A stretch of 62,209 nt of DNA, the filler included, from Choristocarpus tenellus KU-1152 (Eukaryota > Protista > Phaeophyceae), in the NCBI GenBank assembly GCA_964200185.2. It is 10 parts of 10 records of this genome, joined end to end, with 100 filler letters (N's around TTAATTAATTAA, not from the genome) between each part and the next. Parts side by side here need not be neighbours in the genome. Positions count along the whole stretch, not along the records: positions 25,387 to 30,277 come from CAXNAD020012650.1; positions 30,378 to 34,126 come from CAXNAD020018168.1; positions 34,227 to 42,952 come from CAXNAD020004401.1; 7 more parts are not named here. One strand, written 5' to 3'. Both the position numbers and the translations under genes were made by a program. This document shows positions 26,571-38,295 of this stretch, piece after piece (positions within the stretch are counted from its first letter, which is position 1; the number at the start of each line of letters is the position of its first letter). The notes under the pieces are model-generated. The model was not told the origin of the DNA, did not search any database, and was given only the letters and a program-made list of their open reading frames with translations.

Positions 26571-27479
26571 TAATGAAGGGAGTCATACGTACCAATGCAT
26601 TTACAGCCAGAACTTACTTTTCTATCTTGAATAGGTATGTAGTATTTTAACCCAAGACACTGCATTTCCTACTCTTCAGGAGGATGTAAACTAAGGAACA
26701 CACACTCTGCATCCCTCATCATAACGAAAATTCCAAAACATTTCCCTTTTTGCTCCCCATGCTGTTGTAGGGATATAGGACAGTGAGATAGAATGAGAAA
26801 ATGCATGCCCAGCATAGAGAGCTGTATCCCTGTACCATATCTGGAACCATGGGCAGCATACAATGTAGTGCATCCCTTTTGTTGCAAACAAATGCGCTGA
26901 GGATTACGCAAGGTTTGCCAATTACATTTACAGAACATTTTATATGTTTCGGAACAGTACTGTTTTAGAGAGTAACAACAAAGGAGTTGTGGGCATGTTT
27001 CCCGTGTATGCTGTGTGTTCCTTCACTTCAAACGAACGTGATACTCCCTTTATCTCATAGGTCTGGGCCGTTAAGTTGTAGCTCTTCGGGATGACCTCCG
27101 GTTACAAAATGAACTTTTGCGTTGGTTTCCTTGGAATATTTTACATTGTAAAACTCTGTCTCGCCTTTATTTGACACCATCAATCCATCAATCCACGGCC
27201 GCTGCGGAGGCTGCTCGGTCTACTTCAACTCATCTAGCCAACCTGCCCTCCTGCTGCCTTTCTTGATCCTGGTGAGCTCTACCTCGAAATCGTCCCCCCC
27301 CAGCGCCCTTAACACCTATTGTAACTCTTAAATACTCTACCACACCCTCTCGAGCATGTCTGCGTTGTACGGGTGGAACATACTTGAAACCTCCTCTACA
27401 GGCTCATCAATGATGCTGCAATGGTCTGCTCAAACCCTGCTATTCACAGATGCAAAACCCCCAAAATCATTGATGTTGA

Positions 27480-27612
27480 GGCTCAAAGTATCTGGGAGCG
27501 GGTGGCGGCTGTCCATTTGGGGGCAATTTTTTCATGTCGCGATTTTTGGGNNNNNNNNNNCAAATGGACACCCAGGTGTAGACCCCCCCTCCCCTCCCAG
27601 ATACTTTGGGTC
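27480..27612 (-). mobile_element. MITE-B (G-rich termini), with internal N gap, inserted in the SxDLN motif of the mariner
   Basis: GGCTCAAAGTATCTGGG ... CCCAGATACTTTGGGTC, flanked by TGA/TGA. Removing it restores D-L-N-I-N-D. Confidence 0.85.
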
Positions 27613-28229
27613 TGAGATCGCGTGACTGTGCTGGCTCTTTCACGACCTTAATGCTCCATCCCTATTTCATCCCTGCTGCATTCAGCGTCTACACTGTGCC
27701 TTTGCTCGTTTGTTGGGTTGCGCCGTCCTGCTCTATGGAGTTCCCCCCCGATTCCAGCCACAGCATTTTTCCCTTGATCACTGGCAACAGCTGCTCCATA
27801 TACCACTGCAGGTACCACTTGGTGTCGACTGTGATGTTGACCTTGTACTCCTCACCCTTCGTGTGCTGCGCTGTAGTCCGTTGCACCTCCCTCATGTCAC
27901 AGACCCGCCATATCCCGACCTTGCCGTCAAAATCATGGGAAGGATCCAGGCGCGAAACGGTGGAGATGAATATCACTTTGGGAATGTGACTCTTGTGCTG
28001 CACCTTCATCAAGCCCACCTTTTCCTCCCCCGGGAACATGCGCACCATCTCTTGTTTGTGGATGAGGTAGAGCCACGCCTTGTTGATGTGAATGGTGTTG
28101 AGGCGAGTCCTGTAGGTTCTAGTGGTTGTGGGAGATCCGGTCGAGGATGAAGTACACTCTGTTCTTTGGTATGAGAAAATGAAAGGCAAGGGGTGATGCA
28201 CCGCTGAGCCCTCGTTGCCCCCATGACTT

Positions 28230-28577
28230 GAGTGAAACTATCTTAGAGGGTACGAATTTTTCCCTGTTTGTCCATTTGTGGGGCTTGGCTTCCCATGAGT
28301 TTTTTTATGACATTTTCCGACTCCAAGATGTTTTGGAGTAGGTAAAATCTATAAATCTATACATTTGTGGGGCTTGGCTTCCCATGGGTTTTATATAATA
28401 TTTTCCGACTCCAAAATGTTTCGGAGTAGGTAAAATATTTACGTTATGAAAGGTGTGGCCGAAAAATAGATATTGACACTTCCTAACAAACACGATAGCC
28501 AAAATTTGATCAAAATCACAACATTGTATTTTGACCCCCAAATGGATTCGGCTCTACCCTCCAAGATACTTTGGCTC
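28230..28577 (+). mobile_element. MITE-A with an internal duplication of about 88 bp, inserted in the mariner
   Basis: Both TIRs present. The CATTTGTGGGGCTTGGCTTCCCATG...GGAGTAGGTAAAAT block occurs twice. Flanks ACTT/ATTT. Confidence 0.88.
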
Positions 28578-29271
28578 ATTTCAAGTTGCTTACTGCAAGG
28601 TCTGCTTCGGCGAGCTTGGCGGAATGTTGGTAGATAGTCAGTGTGTGATTACTGGCGTTGATTTCCCAGATCTTCACTTTTTTCATTGGTGCAAAGTCTG
28701 ACGGCCATCCACATAGTGCTTGTGATTCCAGGGAGAAGGTATTTCCCCTGTCCAACTGTGCTGTGATGCACAGCCACACCCGTCTAGGGTGTCTCTCTCC
28801 CACTCTAAACTCTTTCACCAATATAGATCCCACACCACTCGGGAGCCTCTTGTGATTCGGAGGAAGAGCTAATGCACAACACAGAGGAAATGCGGTCCGA
28901 TCTTCCTCGATCAGTTTGCAGTTCTTTCACTGAGAGGGTAGGCATCGTGCCACGTACGACGGGCTGTGAGGGATCGCCAAGGGGGTTGTGAGAATGTTAT
29001 GTGGCCCCACATTGCAACAGGAACATTAAAAAATGATCAGAATATGCCCCATTCTGGGTTCCATCCTTTCGGAACCATTTCAGAATGGAATTCTTTGTAG
29101 AATTCTTTGAAATTTAGTCTTTTCAATGTAAAATATTCCAAGGAGTTCAACGCAGAAGTCCGTTTTGTAATCGGATGTCATCACGGAGAGCTACACCTTA
29201 ACGGCCCAGTTGCAACAGGATCGAGAAGTCGCATGTGTAGTATAGTCGTTGTAGGTTTCGAGGAAATTAAA

Positions 29272-29715
29272 GAATCAAAGTATCTTAGACGGTAGAACCG
29301 CGTCCGTTTGGGGGCGAAAATCCAATGTTTCTATTTTGATGTCATTTTGGCAATTGTGCTTCTTAGGACGTGTCCATACCCTTGTTCCAGACACACCTTT
29401 TCATAACGTATACATTATTCCTCCTCTGAAACATTTCGGAGTAGGAAAATGTCATAAAAAATAACCAAAAGTATCTGGGGGGGGGGAGGGGAGTCTACAA
29501 CAGGGTGTCCATTTCAGGCATAACCTGGAAAAGTATATTTGCATTATCCATGCAACGTATGCAACCAAATTACCCAAGATTCACGACATGAAAAAATTAC
29601 CCCCATATGGACAGCCGCCACACACCCCCAGATACTTTGGGCCAAACACCGTGGGAAGCTAAGCTCCAAATGAACAAACAGGGCAAAACTCCTACCCTCT
29701 GAGATACTTCCACTG
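29272..29715 (-). mobile_element. MITE-A carrying a complete nested MITE-B (29463-29643, 181 bp)
   Basis: MITE-A sequence stops at its A-tract and resumes at about 29644. The insert has its own TIRs, AACCAAAAGTATCTGGG...CCCAGATACTTTGGGCC. Confidence 0.88.
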
Positions 29716-30377
29716 ATAAAATATCAATGGAGAGGATAGAGTGTGATCATTGGTTGGTTGATACCTCGTTTTTTGTATCCACAAGGCATAGAAGGTGAAA
29801 ATGTATGAGCCCTACCAATCATTAAAAGCATTGCTACAACTCAAAAGTTCACGTTCATTGGTCAACAATGTAGAACTCACCACCGGTATCCACCTCAATC
29901 CATAATATCACCAATCCTTTAGTTTCCACCTTCCTCAACCTCAATGCCATATATACCTGTCTCCTTGAATAAGAAAGGAGGGTTATACCTACCGGTGGTT
30001 TCTATGGCTGATGCTACGATCGATCTCTGGCTTTGATTTGTTTATATATAGTGTTTGATCTTGTGACCCATGGTAGATGACAAACCGACATCTAGACCTA
30101 TATGATGTCCATCTTTAGTGGTGTGCTTTTGTGAAAGAAAAAACTTTGTGAATGAAAAACAGAACTAGAAATGGGTAGCCCATATGCACACAGAAGTGAG
30201 TTGGACACGTTCAAAGGATCACTAAGAGAATAGACGCGATTACTAGCACAAAGTCAGAGACAAGTGTTTATTTGGGANNNNNNNNNNNNNNNNNNNNNNN
30301 NNNNNNNNNNNNNNNNNNNNNTTAATTAATTAANNNNNNNNNNNNNNNNNNNNNNNNNNNNNNNNNNNNNNNNNNNN

Positions 30378-30638
30378 CCCCTAACAAACCACCCCTCCCC
30401 CCCAGATACTTTGACCCTTTGTCCGTATGGGGCTTGGCTTCCCATGTTTTTTTTAATGATATTTTTCTACTCCACAATGTTTCGGAGTAGGTATATGTGT
30501 ACGTTATGAAAATGTGTGTCCGGAACAAGAATATTGACACTTTCCAACAAACACGAAAGCCAAAAATACATCAAAATCACAACATTGGATTCTGGCCCAC
30601 AAATGGACACGGCTCTACCCTCTAAGATAATTTGACTC
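30378..30638 (+). mobile_element. G-rich MITE end (30378-30417) abutting a partial MITE-A (30418-30638)
   Basis: CCCAGATACTTTGACCC is followed directly by TTTGTCCGTATGGGGCTTGG, which is internal MITE-A sequence, running to its TIR TAAGATAATTTGACTC. Confidence 0.85.
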
Positions 30639-30716
30639 TAGGGCTAATGAGGAGCTTTCCCCCCCTTGGTGTGCCTCCTTTGGAAGGCCGGCCAGTTGTG
30701 TCCTGAAGGAGTCAAA

Positions 30717-30976
30717 GAGTCAAAGTATCTTAGAGGGTAGAGATGCGTCCATTTGGGGGCCAAAATTCCGATGTTGTAATTTTGATGTAATTTTGTCTAT
30801 CGTGTTTGTTAGGAAGTGTGAAATATCCTTGTTCGGACGCAACGTTTCACAATGAATACATTTTACCTACTCCGAAACATTTTGGAGCAGGAAAATGTCA
30901 TTAAAAAAAACATGGGAAGCCAAGCCCCAAACGGACAAACAGGGCAAAACTCGTACTCTCTAAGTTACTTTCACTC
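30717..30976 (-). mobile_element. MITE-A, 260 bp, complete
   Basis: TIRs GAGTCAAAGTATCTTAGAGGGTA / TACTCTCTAAGTTACTTTCACTC, with 4-bp TSD CAAA/CAAA. Confidence 0.9.
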
Positions 30977-31035
30977 CAAAACGGATTTTGTTGAGGAGAC
31001 GTGTGATCTGGTGTTGAGCCCTCCTTGTGATCCTG

Positions 31036-31294
31036 GAACCAAAGTATCTTAGAGGGTAGAGTCGCGTCCATTTGGGGGTAAAAATCCAATGTTGCAACTT
31101 GATGTAATTTTAAGTATCGTATTTGTTAGGAAGTGTCAATATCTATGTTCCAGACACACCTTTTCACAACGCATACATTTTACCTACTCAGAAAACATTT
31201 CGGAGTAGGAAAATGTCATTAAAAAAGACATGGGAAGCCAAGCCCCAAATGGACAAACAGGGCAAATCTCGTACCCTCTAAGATAATTTCACTC
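31036..31294 (-). mobile_element. MITE-A, 259 bp
   Basis: Both TIRs present and colinear with the other copies. Flanks (CCTG/ATTA) are not duplicated. Confidence 0.88.
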
Positions 31295-34200
31295 ATTAGA
31301 CGTGTAACGTCTAGTCTAGTTTGAACCTATGTATTGATACCTTCTCCCCACCAATGCCCCCTATGTCATTACCTCCCTATCCCAGTCTCTAGCTTCCTGA
31401 GCGTTCAACAGACAGATCTCTCCCCTGACTGCCTTGCAGGAGACTAGCCCTCAAGTGCACAGGCTCTGCAGTTGCACTTAGCAACAGGGGGGCAGCTCAT
31501 TGGTTGCCATTGGATGTAAAATTCGGCGTCTTTGTAGGGAGGATAGAGGAGATACTACAAGGAGACAATCTACTGGTAACATGAAGGCCTTAGTCTTCAA
31601 ACTATTGCAGGCAGGAGTGTAGAGGAGGGCATAGCTACAGAGATTATTAATTTAGACCCAGTTCGATTAATTATTATTATTAATGATTGTGTCCAATGGA
31701 TTCGGAATTATTGGCCACTGTGGAGAGGGAGGGGTATGGGGGAGTCACTGGATTGGGGAGAACTAAGGAAGGAGTAGCGGACAACAAGTTGAGAATGTGA
31801 TCAGGGTTGTTTGTGACCACATCAGGTGTCAATGAACAAGCACCACCGCCCAGCATTTGCTGGGTTAGTGCTGCATCACTCAAGGGACCAAGTCATATGG
31901 AGGAAGAGGGGGAAAGTTAATGGCAGCAGCAAATATACTGCCTTTGAGTTATGGATTTGTAGCCATATATTGGAGAAGGTGTGATGATCGTCTGAGCAGT
32001 ACAGCCAGTTGCTCTACAAAAAACAAAGTATTATTCAGTGCTCCGGTAGTTTGTGAGGGAAGGATGAAGGAGACCCACTGGTAGAAAGAGCGGAAAGGTA
32101 ATAGGCGATACAAACCAAATAGTCCTCCTACCTGATCATGTCAAGGACGGCTAGTGGCATTCAGTACACTACCATGTATCTCAACAGTTAGTGAGAAAAC
32201 TTTTCGTCATACCTAGTTTTCAGCTAATATGTGTTGTCGTGAAGGTCACTTCAAACAAGTTACATCTGTGGCAGAGAGCAGTGCTGAAAAGTACTCAAAC
32301 AAAAAAAAACTCCTGTATGTGGAGTGTATCACAAGACCTTCCCCTGATATATCACCTTCAAGTAACAGACCTTCAAACCGTAGCACTATGTGGTGTCTTT
32401 AAACTAGCCCTGTCCCTATGTTTCTTTTCCTGCCTGTGGTTCTCTGACAGTCAGTAGTGCCTCTAAGAGTTCTCACATTATATTGTTCACTTCTTTTTCT
32501 TCGACCACTGCTAAAAAGTAGCTGAAATACTCCTCTCTCGTACCTCAATTTATAGGGAAATTGTGATGCAGGGGGCTTGCAGTGAGTACCCCCTAAATTT
32601 CAAGTGCTTGTCGGAATTTGTCCTAAAATTAGACGAAAACAGCATCTGCACTGCTAGAGTCCAATGTATCGCAGTGTCTTTTGCTTGCTGGATGAGGGGG
32701 GTAGCAAAAAGGTAAACCTGTTGTAGTCCTATGTCCCTCAACATCCAAGGAGTCTGGCGGATGTTCTCATAGTTCAAAGTCTGTTGAGATTGATTTGTCT
32801 CTTCATGCCAAGGTCTGAGCAAACAGAAGCCCACACTCTGAACCTACAATTGCAGGCCCCAGAACCACAAGACGCTGTGACTTTGTCCCTATGCAATCTC
32901 AGAAGCATGTTTTAGTTTGAACAAATGCAACCTGATTTGAAGAATAAAGAAAGACCACTATTTTTGTGATATGCAGGTCTTGTTTTGTTGTAGTTTACAT
33001 GGTAGATTCAATGCATTGGACGGGTGTGCAAAACTACTGACGTTGTGGTCTGGTGATTACATCAGTGTCGTGTCACCCCCCTGTAGAGCCAAAGTTTGTG
33101 AATGGGCGCAACACTGCATCTATCTTTCAAGCTGTTTAGGATTCGATTAACGAAACTGGCACATATCTCCTCTCTCATACAGCACAATAGCAAACCCTTC
33201 AAACACACACATATTGAGTACCTTATTGCACAATCTCTATGATGTAGGGCCGTATGTCAGAAACAAACAAATAATTCTATGTACCACCTTTTCAACTTAT
33301 TCAATAATTCTTGACTTAGGCTCCACCGATGCGTGGGATACAGTCAATCTAGCTCCTACACTTCAAATTTCCGTTAAGTATGGCAATAACACATATTAGC
33401 AGCGTTATACTCTCTGCATTGGAAACAAACAGTCCTCTCCTATGTCTCCCCCGATTTTGTACAATAGGTGCTCACCTCTGCCACTGTTCGACCCAGTACC
33501 TTGCTTAGGTGGTCTGAGAGGTCTGTCTCAGTAGTGTTTCGCGGGATATTGGACACCCGCACTGTGAAGTCTGAGGAGCATCGTTGTCATAATTTGATTC
33601 GAAATGAACAGTGCAAGAGATAAATTTCCGCCGGAGCAAGGGGGAGAGCGGATTGAGGCCACTTGACGACAAGGTTTGGACAAGATGGATGGAAGAAGGT
33701 AAGTAATGGATGTTCTTCTTGCAACGTGTAGGTGGTCCTGGGTTCTACTCTCTTCAGCCCTAATGATCAATCTGGTTGGGACTTCGCATGAAATGTACTT
33801 TCTGGGAGAGACAAACTGCAGTTGTCATTCACATCCTGCACTGGAGTTCAATCGAACCATACCTTTTTCAGACTTCATACTATCTATGCAGAGGGATAAT
33901 TCAATAGTGTGACAAGTCAGGGCGTCCAACTCAAGAGAGACTCCTTGGTAGTCACACACCTACATTCCCCCTCAATGCTTCAGTACATTTGTTGTCAAAC
34001 TTGTGCCTGGCGGAACACAACACAGCTACTGTGTACGAGAGGAAATATATTGAGTTTGTGTGCCTGACAAGAATTCACCAAACCTATTCTGAATTTTGAT
34101 ATGACCCAAAGTATCTGGGAGGGGGGNNNNNNNNNNNNNNNNNNNNNNNNNNNNNNNNNNNNNNNNNNNNTTAATTAATTAANNNNNNNNNNNNNNNNNN

Positions 34201-37077
34201 NNNNNNNNNNNNNNNNNNNNNNNNNNCCTCCCCTAGGTGGCATTATGTATTGGTTGAACTAGTTTTTCCCATCACTGTGCCCCCCAACCACCTGTGACTG
34301 AATAACCAACCCAGGATCCTTCGTTTAATTCCTGCATGGAGTTTGGCAAAATTTCGGTCCTCGACTCTTGTGAATAAATATATCCAAGGCTTCCTTTGTT
34401 GAGAAGCTTGGCGCATGTAAGGCCCGTCGCCGGAAGCTAGCAGTTGAATTACATGGTAAAGCACACACTCAATTGTATTAATTGCCCGTCAACCATCCAT
34501 CATCACTGACGTGTGGATGATTGTTGACTTATTTTATTTTTATGTACGTACGTACTTTGTATCATACCTAACCAATTATAAACGTACATATAACCTATGT
34601 TATATACTTGTGCCAGCACAGATAACGTAAAGATAACACTAGGTTATTCGACATCTTTGCCCCTTCCTCCACAGGCGCGACCTCGAAGCCCTCCTTGAGA
34701 ATGATCCACCCAGTCTCCTGTTGCCTACTTCTCCGTTCGTTTTCCTCTTCCCCTTGAAGAATGCGGACCCATTCGTATTCCCTCTTCTCTCTATCCACGG
34801 CCTATCAGGCAGCTCGGCTCTCTTGTTGAGCTTATACTTGAACATGTGCTTGGGTGCGCCAGATACTGTATCAATGCCATCGTATTTCTATCTGTAGAAA
34901 ATTCGACACAAAGCTGTCGATGATATCTATGCAAATTACCTTGGGAGGTAATGCTATTTGTTAGTAGTGAAGATAAGAAGGTGTGAAGCCTCACACGACC
35001 CCCTTTGCTGAACGTGATTACATGGTTAAAGATTAGAAGAGAAGAGAAGAGTGACCTTTTTGTGTGGTGTCTTCTCATTGCTTGTTTGATATTTATTTGT
35101 GCTTCATATACATAAGTCCATGGTTATGTCAAAGTAGTTGAATGCAGAATAAAAACCCATACATATTCCCATTCATAACCCAGATTTACTATCTCATTAG
35201 TTACATCTCTCATACACAAAATAAGGTACACCTCACTATTGTCCTATTTTGCACAATATTGTCATGGACATTTCCTTGTGAGGATCACTTCACCCGCTTC
35301 ACCTTGCGGACGGTGGTGGAATAGTGTTCCAATGTCATATTTGGACACATCCTGGGCACTTCCTATGCTGTGTGTTAAGAAGATCACAACAGGAGGTCCG
35401 CCAACGACCCGCCAGTCGGTCCCTGCAACAACAACAAGAATGACTGATCCTTTCCGGCAGAGATGATGTACGTGTCGTTATGAAGTAGATGTGCGTCGTC
35501 TACTCATCATGGCAAGAGGATGGTCTAAGGGAGGAGACATACAGACCATGGTGTCGCTTTCTTCAACAGAAAGAAGGTTTTGTTTTTTGAGGTTGTGGAA
35601 GGAAAGCATATTGAGTTGACATGATAAAAGTGAAATTGATGCAAAATACTTTTCCTGAAAATGAGAAATGTTCAATTTTGTGTTGATGAATTAGATATCG
35701 AAATGGTAGAAATGTGGCTGATCTCAGTCCAGTTAGACATCCACGCGCACACACAAGTGCATTGCGCGCATATTTCTTTGTCATTGGTGACTTTCCTGCC
35801 AACATTCAACACAGAAACGTTTGAGGACCCTCAGACCACTTACGGTTGAACATTCACAAATATGTGATGTCACCCGTCGGATCTGAGACCCCATCAAAAC
35901 GTTTCCTAAGATTTGATGTCGGAGAGAGCTTCGGGTTTGCTGGAAGCACCCCCACCATGACACAACTGGTGATTCTGAATTCCCCCCCACGACTGATTGG
36001 ACCCTGCCTCACGACAGTGGTACTCACGCCGACAGTCTACAGGAGATTTCATCAAGTTAGAAGTCCATATCATGGCAATATCAAACAAAAATGCGGTCGA
36101 CGACAAGTACGAGTTTGAGAGGATGCAAAGGCAATAAATACTCAACCTTCTCCAGAGAAGATCTCGTCGCCTCCACCAAAACCACCTGGCACAACCGCAA
36201 TCCTTACGACTGGTTTAGTCGAAGGCATACCCTGGGAGACTCACAGAAGCAAGAAAGGGAGGTAACAGAAAAAACAGAGTCCATTTCCATTTGATACACC
36301 ATTGGGGTATCGGGTTGCGGTTCAGGGCGAAATTGGAGAGGAATATGAAATCTTGATGGAAGTCATAGAGGATAATGCCAGTTAGTACATACTCGGAGAC
36401 TTGGTGCGTGGCAGTCTTCATTATTTAGAGCTAGCCGTCTCAATCCTGACAGCCACGTTCAACCTGGTTGAAGTTACTCATGGGCAGATAAGTACAGCAC
36501 GTTGTTCTAGTCGCTATTTAAGGTGAAATTTCTTTCTGCCAAGGACATTAAAGATATCAAATTCTTTGAGGCAGATAAAGGAGGGAGACAAGGCGTAACT
36601 GTGTCTGATTAAAGGACACTTTTTTTTTACCTTTCCTAGTTCATGGTATCCTACCCAGTTGTGAACAACCTGTGTTTGATAGGTTGTTACTCAAATAGGC
36701 TAACTAATGATGCACACTTGATCAATAAATGTCTCGGTCACGTTTTTCTAATATTCCGTTGGTTTCCTTACCAGTAGTGTGAGCAATGTTGCGACAAATC
36801 GCCACTCAGATAGGCTAAGTAAAGCAAGTCATGGGCAACACCTGCCTACACCAGATCTTTGCAATATTTCTTTGGGATCCGACCCAGAGGTGGACAACCA
36901 GCCAAGTTGTTCACCAAATCGGCTACCTGATGATGTATTTGAACAAACACTGCCTCAATCACATACTTCAAACAATTCTTTGGGCTCCAACCCTGCAGTG
37001 AAAAAACCTACAATGGTTAATCACTCAAAATGGCCAAATTACAATCCACTGCTTCAGACTCATTTTCTTAATGCAAT

Positions 37078-37336
37078 GAGCAATAGTATCTTAGAGGGTA
37101 GAGTCACGTCCATTTGGAGGTCAAAATCCAAAGTTGCGATTTTGATGCAATTTTGGCTATCGTGTTTGTTAAGGAGTGTCAATATCCATGTTCCGGATAC
37201 TCCTTTTCATAACGTACACATTTTACCTACTCTGAAACATTTCGGAGTAGAAAAATGTCATAAAAAAGCCCATGGGAAGCCAAGCCCCAAATGGACAAAT
37301 AGGGCAAAACTCGTACCCTCTAAGATACTTTCACTC
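37078..37336 (-). mobile_element. MITE-A, 259 bp, inserted in the 5' part of the Gypsy element
   Basis: Both TIRs present; flanks CAAT / AATA (AAT duplicated). Confidence 0.9.
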
Positions 37337-37522
37337 AATAACACCCTCAGAATTGAAGCACTCTTCCAAATTTATTGGAACAGTGGGTGAAGACTTCGTA
37401 GCATCCTGATTGTGTTGCACCACGTCAGTGTGTTGTTGGCATACATCTGCAATTCAACATTACTCTAAACACCCCTTGTACCCTGCAGGTTTCATCTCGT
37501 TGAGTATCGATTCCTGGCAAAA

Positions 37523-37890
37523 TTGATGATGATTCAGTTTCACACATCGCAGTTGATACTACAACTGACGTTCTGGTCATTAGCTATCGTTACAAGCTCA
37601 TCCCACCCTTTGTTCTGCTCACATCAATCCTATACCAGATGGTGCCTTACATTTAAAAGGAGCTGGGGTAAGACTTTGCAAGTACATGACTTTATTCAAT
37701 TTCAATTTGATGATGATTCAGTTTCACACATCGCAGTTGATACTACAACTGACGTTCTGGACATTAGCTATCGTTACAAGCTCATCCCACCCTTTGTTCT
37801 GCTCACATCAATCCTATACCAGATGGTGCCTTACATTTAAAAGGAGCTGGGGTAAGACTTTACAAGTACATGACTTTATTCAATTTCAAT
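37523..37890 (+). repeat. 184-bp tandem duplication in the Gypsy protease region
   Basis: 37523-37706 and 37707-37890 are nearly identical. Confidence 0.93.
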
Positions 37891-37919
37891 TAACCTTGGG
37901 AAATAAAAAAATGCCTGTT

Positions 37920-38295
37920 TGTTCGTAGATAGTGCTGCTGATACACGTAGACACCATCGGTGGATTAGATAATAGGATGGAGAGCCAGTGGCAGATATAT
38001 TATATGTACTGACTAATAGTGTTGATTGGTTTTATTATCATGTTCAAGATACACTTTCTATACTTGAGATAAGTAAATAAGTAATTGATAGTAAAATAGT
38101 GTGGACGATTACAAACCCCACACTATAGAAATAATAATGGTAGTTTATGCTAGAGTCTCACCCACTCATTCACTCAGCGGTATCGAGACCATAAAGACCC
38201 TGGAAATATCAACTTTGTTCATCTACATCAAGCTGTTCTTTGTCCTTCTTTAAAGCATGATAAAAGCCGCGGGTCCAGTGTGGGATGGTTCAACA
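37920..38295. mobile_element. Solo LTR (376 bp) with 5-bp TSD
   Basis: TGTTCG...TTCAACA flanked by CTGTT on both sides. Removal restores FQLTLGNKKMPVQAVVLPSL. A second copy lies at 54242-54617. Confidence 0.92.

Larger units (their letters stand above)
27063..29209 (-). mobile_element. Decayed Tc1/mariner element of the plant/oomycete DD39D-like group, both TIRs present, interrupted by two MITEs
   Basis: TIRs of about 90 bp beginning CTGGGCCGTTAAG (27063-27155 and 29116-29209). Transposase remnants: IHINKAWLYL, KSHIPKVIFISTVSR, FDGKVGIW, LLPVIKGKM, EQDGA, EPAQSRD|LNINDFG, ERVW..GGDDF, with many stops and frameshifts. I count 40 residues between the 2nd and 3rd Asp. The TA TSD is not preserved. 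Confidence 0.88.

Noticed and set aside
31300-34100. Highly decayed LINE reverse transcriptase on the minus strand (VNYNKT and LQGGDTTL-like traces)
   Set aside because: Motif traces are too degenerate to support without a profile search.
34230-36420. Coding-like fragments on both strands (possible transposase or protease relic)
   Set aside because: No motif I can assign, and frames are broken by stops.
36779-37390. 203-aa ORF as a gene
   Set aside because: Its 3' half is read-through into a MITE-A copy; the rest is probably decayed Gypsy sequence.
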